DNA of 64,000 bases from an uncultured Muribaculaceae bacterium (GTDB lineage Bacteria > Bacteroidota > Bacteroidia > Bacteroidales > Muribaculaceae): NCBI GenBank assembly GCA_958436175.1, contig CAUBJF010000011.1:15507-79506 (forward strand). Reading direction: 5' to 3'. Of the stretch, positions 28,227 to 38,100 are shown in pieces (the stretch's first letter is position 1; each line of letters starts with the position of its first letter). A program made the position numbers and the translations under genes. The notes under the pieces are model-generated. The model was given only the letters and a program-made list of their open reading frames with translations, was not told where the DNA came from and did no database searches.

Positions 28227-29777
28227 TCATTTAAGTATCTTGGTGGCTTTCCGACCTTGTTTGACAATATAGATTCCGTTTTTCGCGGTATCAGCAGGTA
28301 CCTGCCGTCCGTAGAGGTCATATAGCTCTTCCTTGCCTGTCTTTTCCGTCAGGTCTGCCTCTAAATCTTTTGTCGCAGAGTTTCCCGACATTATGCCGGT
28401 GAGGAATGAATCGAAATCGCGACCCCAGATATCATAGCTGCCTCCGGTGCCGTAACCGTGGGGAAAGCCCTGAAGAATCTTACGTACTACGCGGCAACCG
28501 GCTTCTTCGACTGCATTGGCATTCCGTTTAAACTGCCCTGTAAAACTATCCTTTGTTCCCCAGCAATAGAAGGCAGGGGGGAGATTGGCGTTACGGAGAG
28601 TCTCGACATCGTTCATCGACACGCTCAAACGGCCGTAGAAGGCGTAGATCATGCCCACAGCGCATGCATCGACAGGCACTTTGTCGAGTTCGTCAGGAAT
28701 ATATGAGCTATCGAGAGTTGTGCCATTCGTCAGGTCGCGCCAGTTAAGCAGGACCTCTCCGTTAAGGATGCCACCAGCCGAGAAACCGACAAGGGCAATG
28801 TTGGCAGGCTTGATTCTGTATTCAGCGGCGTGGGCCTTCACATAGCGGATGCCTCTCTGAAGGTCCGTCGCACTTTCCTGCATCGTATAAGGATTAATAC
28901 GATAGTTGACAACGAAGCACTGATAGCCCATAGAAGTAAGCATATCGGCAATGTCATAACCCTCGTTCTGCATGCTGCGGAACATGAAAGCACCGCCCGG
29001 ACAAATCATGACAGCGCCCTTGGGCTGCACATCGTCGGCTACGGTGAATACTTCGAGGTTAGGAATAAAATCGGGACCGTCGGAGTTGTTCGCATTGTGT
29101 GTCACAGTCGGTATATTGCCTTTTTCCCAGAGATTTACCTTGCCGGTCATCACGGCATCGCCTCGACCGGAAGGATTGTTGTTGTTCCATTCCTCGTTGA
29201 TAAGGTCGATCCATGTCTGTATTCTTTGGTTGGTGATACTTCCGCTTGTCAAACCCTCTCCAGTGAGATGGGCAGCATCGGGAGTTATATTTACAATCTC
29301 GGCAAGTGTCTCATCGCGATAGGTCGCAGCATAGGTACAGAAGGGAACCACCGTCTTGCCACTGAAGTCATAGCTTTCGCAGAAGGTATGGATAATCATC
29401 GGCGTTGTCCACCACCATACGGGACATCCGATAAAGACGATGTCATAGTCGTCCCAGTTCTCCACACCACCTTTGATCTCAGGACGAGCGTTGTTATCTT
29501 TCTCTTCGCGAGCAACCTGTGTGCAAGGAGTGTATTCAGTCGGATAAGGTACGACAGGCTCAATTCTGAATATGTCACCGCCGGTGATATCCTGAATCGC
29601 CCCAGCCATACACTGTGTGGTGCCTCCCCAGGAGAAATAAGCTATCAACACCTTTTTGCCGCCGAAATAGGCACCTCCGCCGACTTCTACTTCTTTTCTC
29701 GGCTCGTCGCCGGCGCAAGACGAGCCAACCCCTGTCACTAATAGAGTGAGCAGAAAAATAAATAGCCTGTACAACAT
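28227..29777 (-). CDS. Lipoprotein fusion: flavodoxin + alpha/beta hydrolase + T9SS-like tail
   Basis: Lipobox GSSC; flavodoxin AYFSWGGTT and GCPVWW; esterase CPGGAF, GFSAG and PHGYG; tail LYDLYGRQV...GIYIVKQGRKATKILK. Confidence 0.85.
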   Translation of the reverse strand: MLYRLFIFLLTLLVTGVGSSCAGDEPRKEVEVGGGAYFGGKKVLIAYFSWGGTTQCMAGAIQDITGGDIFRIEPVVPYPTEYTPCTQVAREEKDNNARPEIKGGVENWDDYDIVFIGCPVWWWTTPMIIHTFCESYDFSGKTVVPFCTYAATYRDETLAEIVNITPDAAHLTGEGLTSGSITNQRIQTWIDLINEEWNNNNPSGRGDAVMTGKVNLWEKGNIPTVTHNANNSDGPDFIPNLEVFTVADDVQPKGAVMICPGGAFMFRSMQNEGYDIADMLTSMGYQCFVVNYRINPYTMQESATDLQRGIRYVKAHAAEYRIKPANIALVGFSAGGILNGEVLLNWRDLTNGTTLDSSYIPDELDKVPVDACAVGMIYAFYGRLSVSMNDVETLRNANLPPAFYCWGTKDSFTGQFKRNANAVEEAGCRVVRKILQGFPHGYGTGGSYDIWGRDFDSFLTGIMSGNSATKDLEADLTEKTGKEELYDLYGRQVPADTAKNGIYIVKQGRKATKILK

Positions 29778-30181
29778 ACTTATCGAATTTATATCGCAAA
29801 ATTACCAATATCGACATAAGCCTTTGTTACGATTAATACGGCTTATTTTTACATTTTATCCGTTTGATTGCCGGTAAAAAAAGAGGCTACTTATACCAAG
29901 CGGCCTCTCCGTTGATTATACCTACTCCAAATTATCATTTTCCAATTCTAATATCTGCCATTAACAATCTATTTTTTCCTTGATTTCTACATTCAACCTT
30001 AGTACCTGCTATAGGTCTGCAAAATTGGGACAAATCTGGTTTTGCATACATGTGTAAATTACGGTCTTTGATACCTTTATTACAGGTATCCGTGTTTTTT
30101 GTATGAATGACGGTAAAAAAGGCAAGACGGCAACCAAGATAATTCATTATTTTTGCACCATAGATAATTAAGGCTTAGTAT

Positions 30182-31453
30182 ATGGCACGATTACTTACTA
30201 TAGTACTGTTATGCTGTATTGCGGCTGTATCCGTGGCTCAGGAGCCTTCGGATGCTTTTTTCGTGACCATAATAGGCACAGTGAAAGACAAAGACACCAA
30301 AAAATCGCTCGGGAATGTGAGCATTTCGCTTGAGGATACCAACATCGGCACAGTCAGCAATAATGACGGGACGTTCTCCCTGACAATTCCGGTGGCTAAT
30401 TCGGACGGCAGAATCAAGGTAGAACAGCTCGGCTACTTCAGCAGCTTGATACCCTTGTTGGGGCTGCCGTCAAATGGCAAGCATATAACGATACAGATGA
30501 CATCTTCGGCCAAGATGCTTAAGGAGGTAATCGTACGGAGCGGAAAACCTGAAGAGATTGTCGTCAAGGCCCTCGAGAAGATTCCGGACAACTATTCACG
30601 CGATAAGAATCTTTTTACTGCCTTCTATCGCGAGACCGTCCAAAAAGGCAGGCGGTACATTGGCGTTTCGGAGGCTATCATTGATGTCTACAAGACTCCT
30701 TACACACGTAGAGTGAGCAATGGGGAACGGGTACAGATTAAGAAAGGACGCAGACTGATCAGCCTCAACAAGCGCGACACTCTTTCGGTCAAGATCGAAG
30801 GAGGTCCGACACTTCCTTTAATAGTCGATTTTGTAAAGAACGGTGACTTCCTATTTGATTACACCGACTTGGCATACTATCATTTCGAGATGGAAAAGCC
30901 TGTCAGCATAGACGATCGTATGCAGTACGTGATACGCTTCTCGCCAAAAGTGAAACTAAGTTACGCACTCTGTCGTGGTCTGCTTTACATCGACCAGGAG
31001 ACACTGTCGTTCAGCAAGGCCGAATTCGAGCTCGATATGTCCGACCGGTACAAAGCGACTAACGCTATCCTCCGCAAGAAACCGCGTGGACTTCGTTTCA
31101 AGCCTCAGGAAATGGCATTTACAGTTACTTACCGTCTTGCCGACGGTGTTTCGTATCTTAACTATATCAAGACGACGACACGTTTCAAATGTGACTGGAA
31201 GCGAAGGTTGTTTTCATCTGGGTATACCACCGATGCCGAAATGGTAATGGTCGACAGAGTGGGCAATCCTCAAGAGGGCATTCATAGTAAACAGTCCTTT
31301 GGCAAGGATGATATTTTCTATGATGCCGTGACCGATTACTGGGACGCTGATTTCTGGAAGGGTTACAATATTATCGCGCCGACGGAGTCTCTGGACAAGG
31401 CTGTAGTGAAACTAAAAAAGAACAACGCCAAAACGATTGCCATATACCCATAA
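30182..31453 (+). CDS. Carboxypeptidase-like regulatory domain-containing exported protein
   Basis: Signal peptide, GTVKD...NIGTVSNNDGTFSL...LGY, LKEVIV, IPDNY...AFYRE and DADFWKGYNII. Confidence 0.85.
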   Translation: MARLLTIVLLCCIAAVSVAQEPSDAFFVTIIGTVKDKDTKKSLGNVSISLEDTNIGTVSNNDGTFSLTIPVANSDGRIKVEQLGYFSSLIPLLGLPSNGKHITIQMTSSAKMLKEVIVRSGKPEEIVVKALEKIPDNYSRDKNLFTAFYRETVQKGRRYIGVSEAIIDVYKTPYTRRVSNGERVQIKKGRRLISLNKRDTLSVKIEGGPTLPLIVDFVKNGDFLFDYTDLAYYHFEMEKPVSIDDRMQYVIRFSPKVKLSYALCRGLLYIDQETLSFSKAEFELDMSDRYKATNAILRKKPRGLRFKPQEMAFTVTYRLADGVSYLNYIKTTTRFKCDWKRRLFSSGYTTDAEMVMVDRVGNPQEGIHSKQSFGKDDIFYDAVTDYWDADFWKGYNIIAPTESLDKAVVKLKKNNAKTIAIYP

Positions 31454-31477
31454 CCGACACATAGTTACCACGACCGT

Positions 31478-32284
31478 ATGGTCAGCATAAAGGACGTTAT
31501 CATCGAAGAGACGCTTGAAGGCCTCGGCACAGAGGCTTTCAGCGACTATCTTGCCCATGCCATATGCATTGCCGGACATTGTTCTTTCACCTTCAATGGG
31601 AATGACTTTGAGCTTAAAGAGGGGAGTCTGATGATAGTGCGAAAAGGCAAGCTTGTCGAACGGATTAGACCTTCAGAAGATTTCAAAGTTAAAGTGCTAT
31701 ATGTAACCTCGTCATTCATAGAACTATGCACTCCGCAGACCAACTACGGGATGAAAGGTCAGCTCTCACTGTTCCTGAATCCGGTCATGAACCTTGACGA
31801 GAGCCAGCGCTTTGTCTGCGAACGGGATTTTCGGTGGATAGAATATCGTCTCTCACAGACCCGTCACGCATTCTATCGCGAATTGCTCATCAATGCCGTC
31901 CAATCGGCCATTCTCGATTTCTTCGACTTCCACCTGGTCATCAATAAAGAATCAACCGTCTCCACACAGAATGCATCTCTTATGAGCCGCTTCCTCGAGA
32001 TGCTCGAGAACGGAGATTATCGTATAAACAGAGAAGTGACGTACTATGCCGATGCCTTGTGCGTAACGCCGAAATATCTCTCGGAAATTTCAAAAAAGGT
32101 AAGTGGCTACCCGGCAAACTATTGGATAAACCGCTATACATCGCTTGATATAGCGCGACTGCTGCGCGACAAGACACTGTCCTTCGTTCAAATTTCGGAC
32201 ATATTCCATTTCTCATCGCCTGCATATTTCAGCCGATATGTGCAGCGCACGCTTGGCCTCAATCCATCTCGCTACAGGGAATAA
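31478..32284 (+). CDS. AraC-family regulator
   Basis: REVTYYADALCVTPKYLS and FSSPAYFSRYV...LGLNPSRYR. Confidence 0.9.
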   Translation: MVSIKDVIIEETLEGLGTEAFSDYLAHAICIAGHCSFTFNGNDFELKEGSLMIVRKGKLVERIRPSEDFKVKVLYVTSSFIELCTPQTNYGMKGQLSLFLNPVMNLDESQRFVCERDFRWIEYRLSQTRHAFYRELLINAVQSAILDFFDFHLVINKESTVSTQNASLMSRFLEMLENGDYRINREVTYYADALCVTPKYLSEISKKVSGYPANYWINRYTSLDIARLLRDKTLSFVQISDIFHFSSPAYFSRYVQRTLGLNPSRYRE

Positions 32285-32320
32285 TCTACTACAACGGAAT
32301 AAAAAGGCTCGACAGATACT

Positions 32321-33217
32321 ATGAAGACTGACAAGAATATCACCAGGAGAAAGGCCCTGAAGATGATGGGTGCCTTTATGGCAAGCTCCTCCATATCCTC
32401 GCTCGGACTGGTTTCCCTAGCGTCATGCACACCAAGGGACAAGACACCAAAGCGGCTCGTATTCTATTTCACGGCCACGGGCAACAGCCTCTACGTAGCC
32501 CGGGTTCTTTCGCCCGAGCCGATAAGTATTCCGCAGGCACTTAAAAACGGGAAACTTGATTTCGAAGCGGACGAGATCGGTTTTGTCTTCCCCGACTTTG
32601 CGGCATCGGCACCTTTGATGGTACGCGAATTTATCGAAAAGTCCAGTTTCAAGGCCCCCTATATATTTTCAATAATCACATACGGCAATTATGCCGCCAA
32701 TGTCTGCGACTGGTGGAATGACTTCTGCAAGCAGCACAATGTGACGAACGACTATATCAACACTCTGCTGATGGTCGATAACTATCTTCCTGTATTCGAC
32801 ATGAACGAGCAGATGAAGATGGACAAGAAAATCCCTGAAAATCTCACCACAATAGTAAGGGACATCGACGCACGTCGTCAATATATAAGCCATGTCGAAA
32901 TCGACGAACAGATGCAGGATTTGATAAATCATTTGCAGGCAGATCATTTCCCTATGCAGGCTGAACGTCTACTCGCCTTGAATGAGACCGCATGTGTGGG
33001 GTGTGGAATCTGCTCTACAGTCTGTCCTCACGACAATTTCACGATAGGAAGGAATGCTTCGTTCAAAGGTTCGTGCGAATTCTGCCTCGCTTGTGTCCAT
33101 GCATGTCCGCAGAAGGCGTTGACTCTCGCCCGTGGAGAACGCAATCCGCAGGCCCGTTTTCGCAACGAGAATGTCTCGTTAGCTGACTTGCGAAGGGCAA
33201 ATGGCCGGAAGGGTTGA
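32321..33217 (+). CDS. EFR1-family ferredoxin (flavodoxin-like + 2x[4Fe-4S]) with twin-arginine signal
   Basis: ITRRKALK Tat motif, LASC lipobox, YFTATGNS, CVGCGICSTVCP and CEFCLACVHACP. Confidence 0.88.
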   Translation: MKTDKNITRRKALKMMGAFMASSSISSLGLVSLASCTPRDKTPKRLVFYFTATGNSLYVARVLSPEPISIPQALKNGKLDFEADEIGFVFPDFAASAPLMVREFIEKSSFKAPYIFSIITYGNYAANVCDWWNDFCKQHNVTNDYINTLLMVDNYLPVFDMNEQMKMDKKIPENLTTIVRDIDARRQYISHVEIDEQMQDLINHLQADHFPMQAERLLALNETACVGCGICSTVCPHDNFTIGRNASFKGSCEFCLACVHACPQKALTLARGERNPQARFRNENVSLADLRRANGRKG

Positions 33218-33251
33218 ACACCTATTCCGTACATTTTTATTTATGGCTGCC

Positions 33252-33881
33252 CTAATCCTCGTTGAGGAAGTTCGTGAAGTATTGTCGCTCTTGCTCGGGG
33301 AGACCGTTCTTCTCCTTGGATGCTGCTATGGCTTTGATCAGGAAAGCCATGTTACGGCCAAGATTACGCATCGTCTGCAGGCCTTCCTTGTCTTTCTCGA
33401 CATCGGAAGCAGTATAACCATGTACTTCGTTCCAATATGTACTGGAAACGACAGGCATCGACGAAATGGTGAAATATTTGTTGATTTCATCGAATGCGGA
33501 AGTCGACCCGGCACGTCGCGATGAAATGACAGCAGCCCCGACTTTCATAGTCTTGTCGAAGGTCCCTATTGTCGAGTAGAACAATCGGTCGAGGAAAGCA
33601 AGTAACTGGCCGTTGCACCCTGCATAATATGTCGGCGACCCGACAACTATACCGTCACACTCGGCAAACAAGGGTGCTGTCTCGTTGACAAGATCATTGA
33701 AGACACATTTGTTTGTCTTGCGGCAAGTGCGGCAAGCGATACAGCCTCTCACGTCTTTGTTACCTACATTGACGCGACGGCACTCGATACCGTTCTGTAT
33801 CAGTATGGATTCCACTTCTTTCAAAGCCCGGTCGATACATCCGTGGAGATCCGGACTGCCATTGATTGTTAGTACCTTCAT
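33252..33881 (-). CDS. Iron-sulfur flavoprotein / NADPH-dependent FMN reductase family
   Basis: INGSP, CIACRTCRKTNKC, GSPTYY and RRAGS motifs. Confidence 0.88.
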   Translation of the reverse strand: MKVLTINGSPDLHGCIDRALKEVESILIQNGIECRRVNVGNKDVRGCIACRTCRKTNKCVFNDLVNETAPLFAECDGIVVGSPTYYAGCNGQLLAFLDRLFYSTIGTFDKTMKVGAAVISSRRAGSTSAFDEINKYFTISSMPVVSSTYWNEVHGYTASDVEKDKEGLQTMRNLGRNMAFLIKAIAASKEKNGLPEQERQYFTNFLNED

Positions 33882-33891
33882 GTTAGATTAT

Positions 33892-34950
33892 TTAGTCAGA
33901 CAGTTTGTTATCACGGAGCCATCTTGCCACATGGGCTGCGATGACATCATTGTTGAGCTCCTGCATCATAAAATGCGAATTGCCTTTGATGCCGATTTTC
34001 GGAAGTTCGACAAGTCTCGCATTGCCGCCGTGCCGGTTTAAGGCATTGACAAATTCACGAGCCATCTTCAGTCGCACCTCCCAGTTGCTTCCGCCTAATG
34101 TCGTAGCTCCAGATTCAGGAATATAGTCTCCAAAATATATAACAATCGGTTTATGGGTAAGTTCCAGGAACCTTTCGGCGGCTACGGGAACTCCGGCAAG
34201 ACCACCGGTAAGACCCGGAAGAGCCTCTGGTACCTCTCCTTCGGGAAATACGAATCCTCCGGGTTCGAGCGCGACGACACCCTTCACTTCTGTATTGTTC
34301 ATCGCTGCTATCCAGCCCGGGAAGCCGCCAGCCGAGTGGGTCACGAGGATATGGTCGCCGATTTTCCGCGCCATGGCGTCGAGTGCTGCGACATCAAGTT
34401 TGTGGTCGCTCAGGTCGGGAACCATCTGGCGAAAAAAATTTGACACGCTCAGTGAGTCCTTCGGGAACTGGATGCCCTCGTTCCAATCCGGCCACAGTCC
34501 CATACGCCAGATATCAAACCAGAATTCCTCGTCGGCTACAGGCTTGACCGTGACTTCATTGCTTGTGCGTGATGCGTGTCCGCGACCTGGAAGGTCGAGA
34601 ACGTAGGTCGGATAACCTTCCCGGAGAAGGAGAGTAGCGAATCCGTCACGACGGTCAGGTGTTGTCTCCCAGCAAACACCGTCGCCGCCGAAGCCATGTA
34701 CAAAAACAAGCGGAAGCCTCTTGGCATCCACCGGAATTTGGTACCTGGCAAAAGCATGGTCGCAGCGGTATGTCTGTCCATCCTGTACAGGGTCCGTCCA
34801 ACCTACAAATGTATCGGGATCAAATATTCCGGGACGTTCTATGGTTATGCCCCCGACGGGGAACTGTCCCTGACGATCTATCATCAAGGGCTCTGTTGCA
34901 AATCCTGTCAGGCTTATCAATGAAGATATTATTAAAGCTGATGTTTTCAT
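33892..34950 (-). CDS. Exported alpha/beta hydrolase
   Basis: Signal peptide, FVHG, WETTPD, DLPGRG, THSAGG and GNSHF. Confidence 0.85.
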   Translation of the reverse strand: MKTSALIISSLISLTGFATEPLMIDRQGQFPVGGITIERPGIFDPDTFVGWTDPVQDGQTYRCDHAFARYQIPVDAKRLPLVFVHGFGGDGVCWETTPDRRDGFATLLLREGYPTYVLDLPGRGHASRTSNEVTVKPVADEEFWFDIWRMGLWPDWNEGIQFPKDSLSVSNFFRQMVPDLSDHKLDVAALDAMARKIGDHILVTHSAGGFPGWIAAMNNTEVKGVVALEPGGFVFPEGEVPEALPGLTGGLAGVPVAAERFLELTHKPIVIYFGDYIPESGATTLGGSNWEVRLKMAREFVNALNRHGGNARLVELPKIGIKGNSHFMMQELNNDVIAAHVARWLRDNKLSD

Positions 34951-35147
34951 TAGTCCGTCATATAATTACTGTCTTCTGGTACATAACAAAATCGGGACCT
35001 GAATTTATATGTGAAATTTTCGGTATTCGTTATAGAATTTACCGAAAATTTTAGGGCCTTAATACTCGTCGCCTTTGCGTCAAGCTGTAGAGAAGCTTAA
35101 GAGCGCAGTATTCTCATGAATAAATATTCCCCAGATAATGATGGGTC

Positions 35148-38100
35148 TCATTCCTCCTGAATCTTGAGCATATACTGCTTTGGCGGCATCTGCATCTTGC
35201 GTTTGAAGGTCTCCCGGAATGTCTTCACGTCCTTGAATCCGCACATTTCGGACACGGTCTGTACGTTCGATACACCTTCTTTGAAAAGCTGTACTGCCTT
35301 GTAGATACGGTACTCGTTGATAAAGTCGATTATCGACATGCCGGTCATACTCTTGATTTTCTTATATAGGGCCGAATGGCTCATAGAAAGTCGTGAGGCG
35401 AGCATCGCTATGTCGAAATTATCGAGATTCATGCATTCATTGATTATTCTTCTGCATTCGAGCAGGAATTTTTGCTCTTCCCGGTTGTAGTTGCCTGAGG
35501 AAGCGGGCAACGATGACCCATCGTTGCTATGTTCGAAGAGACGTTCAATCTGCTTGACGAGTACTTTGAGGGGGATTGGTTTTGTCAGATAGGCATCCGC
35601 CCCTTCGTCGAAGGCTTTCAGCATGTCTTCTTCAGAGGTCAATGCAGAAAAGACTACAACCTTGATGTCGCGTGTACGTTTATCCTCTTTGAGTGCTTTC
35701 AAGACGTCATGTCCGTCGAAATCCGGCATCATCAAATCTGTTATGACGACATCGAAGCCGCCTTTCTTGGCCAGTTCAACAGCTTCCCTTGCATCGGCTA
35801 TCTCTGTCACTCTATAGTTCTCTTCGAATGCCTTGACAAGGACAGACAGTACTTCGCGGTTGTCGTCGATGAGAAGAACAGACCGTGTCGCGGTCGGATC
35901 GGAGATGCGTGTGCCAGCCTCCCCCTGATTTTCCGGAATGAATAATTTCTCTTTAAGAGGTACAGGGAGATACCTGGCTTCAGTCGTTGGTAGGGGAGAG
36001 GAGGACAGCTTCTTGGGAAGTATGACAGTAAATCTCGACCCTTCGTTGATCTTGCTGTCTACGGTTATGCTACCGTGATGCAGCTCTACAAGCTCTTTGA
36101 CGAAAGCAAGACCGATGCCGTCGCCACTGCTTATCTTCTGGCCGCGTTCGGTGCGCATAAAGGGCTCGAATATTTTAGTCTGTAATTTATCCACGATACC
36201 TATGCCGTTGTCAGTCACGGATATCTCGATGCTGTCGTTGTTTTCTTGGAGGGTCAGGGTCACTTTACCGTCCTTTTGAGTGTACTTGTAGGCATTGGAG
36301 ACGAGGTTCGTTACTATAAGTTCCAATTTGTCGGGGTCGACTTCCGCTTCGACTGGGGGCTCCGAATAGCTATATTCGAATGTCTGCGATTTCTGACGGC
36401 ATAGTTGCTCGTAATCGGCAGCCAGTTCTCCAAGAAGAGCCTGTACATCAATACGCCTTGCATTGAGTGACAGGTGACCGGTATCGGTTTTTCGAAAATC
36501 GATGATATGGCTGATGAGCTTGTTGAGTTTCGCTGAGTTGCGGTATATTCCGACGAGATTGTTCACGGGCACTGTCTGTCGGCCCGAATCATACATCTCT
36601 TCAATCTGGGCGGAAATCAGGAAGCATGGAGTCCTCAGTTCGTGGGTGATGTTGGCATAGAAATCCAGCTTGGCTTCGTTCAGCCTGTTGGCCGAGTCCC
36701 TTTCGACTTCAGCTATATGGATTTTCTCGCGGTTCTTTATGAATTTGTACCAGACCCATGCTACGGCTACGAGTAAAGACAGGCCTAAGAGTACCCATAT
36801 GGCAAACATCAGCGGTGTGGCATACCAGGCAGGATGTATTTTAATGGACATCGAGGTAGGAGTACTCCAGCTGCCGTCGGGCAAGGTATGACGTACTGAC
36901 AGTCTGTATTTCCCTGCCGGTACATAGGTGTATATTGCCGAACGTGTATCAGAGACATCTCGCCATTCCTTCTCCAGGCCGTCGAGCCTGCATTCGAATT
37001 TGATCTGTTCTGGATTCGACATCTCGGGGACAGTAAAGTTTATCTGGAAGAAGTTTTGGTCATTGTCGAGCTCGAGCGTTGAATCTCCGGTCGAGAAAAG
37101 GGGAAAACCTTTCCCTCCATTATTGAACACTTCTATGCCTGTGAATACCATTGAGGCGAGTCTTATGTTCTCGCTTGTCTGAGTGAAAGGATATTTCAGC
37201 AGTCCGGAAGTCGTTCCGAAATATGCTGTGTCTTTGTCCTTTGAGGCAGCGTTGAATGTAAACATCCTGGGCATGCGCTCGTCATTGAGAGGCATAATAT
37301 AATCATTCTCCCTGATATATTTCAGCAACCCGTGATTGGTGCCTATGAATATGTCGCCGTTATTGTCTTCAACCATAGAAAGGATTTGCATGCCCGTCTC
37401 GTCGGCTCTTTGTTTGTAGGATTTTAGGATTTGCTTTGACACAGGATCAATTTTGCACAACATTGCGTTGTCGATGTCGACCCAGAGGGAATGCTGTGAG
37501 TCCACAAACACGAAGGGTATCTTACGGCCGGGTATTTTAATGCCTCCCTGCGAGGGGCTGTCACTGTGACGCTCTATGATAGCTTTTCGTCGGCGGTCAA
37601 TCTGGAGCAGCCCGTTCCATCTTGTAGCAACGTAAATATTGTTCCCGTCGATAGCCATCGACAGGACATCGGATTGCTGAGTACCCGGAATCGATGTGAA
37701 TTCATGTGTCTGTTTGTCGAAGACACTCAGCGAGTTGCCGCCTATCCAGAGCTTACCTTCGCCGTCGTCTCTGATTATCCACAGTTTGTTGCTCGGCTCA
37801 CTGTCTCCGGGTGCTTTGAAAGTAGTGAATTTCTCGCTGTCCAGATTACATTGTACCAGCCCCGTGCCGTACAGTGCCGCCCATAGGGTATTTCCGTCCT
37901 TTACGAGTGACACGACATTGTCGGCAGGCATTCCGGAATTTAGTTTGGTATATTGCCTGTATTCGCCAGTACTTGAATTCAAAACCTCAAGGCCGCCTCC
38001 GTCGAGCCCTATGTACATCATCTCGCCGTCAGGTATCACTGCTGTCACGATATCATAGCACAGTCTCCCTGAATGTTTATCTAATATCGAGTAGGCGTTG

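Noticed and set aside
20400..35100. Intact mobile element (ICE, IS or prophage) carrying the accessory block
   Set aside because: No integrase, transposase, relaxase, tRNA target or flanking direct repeats were seen.
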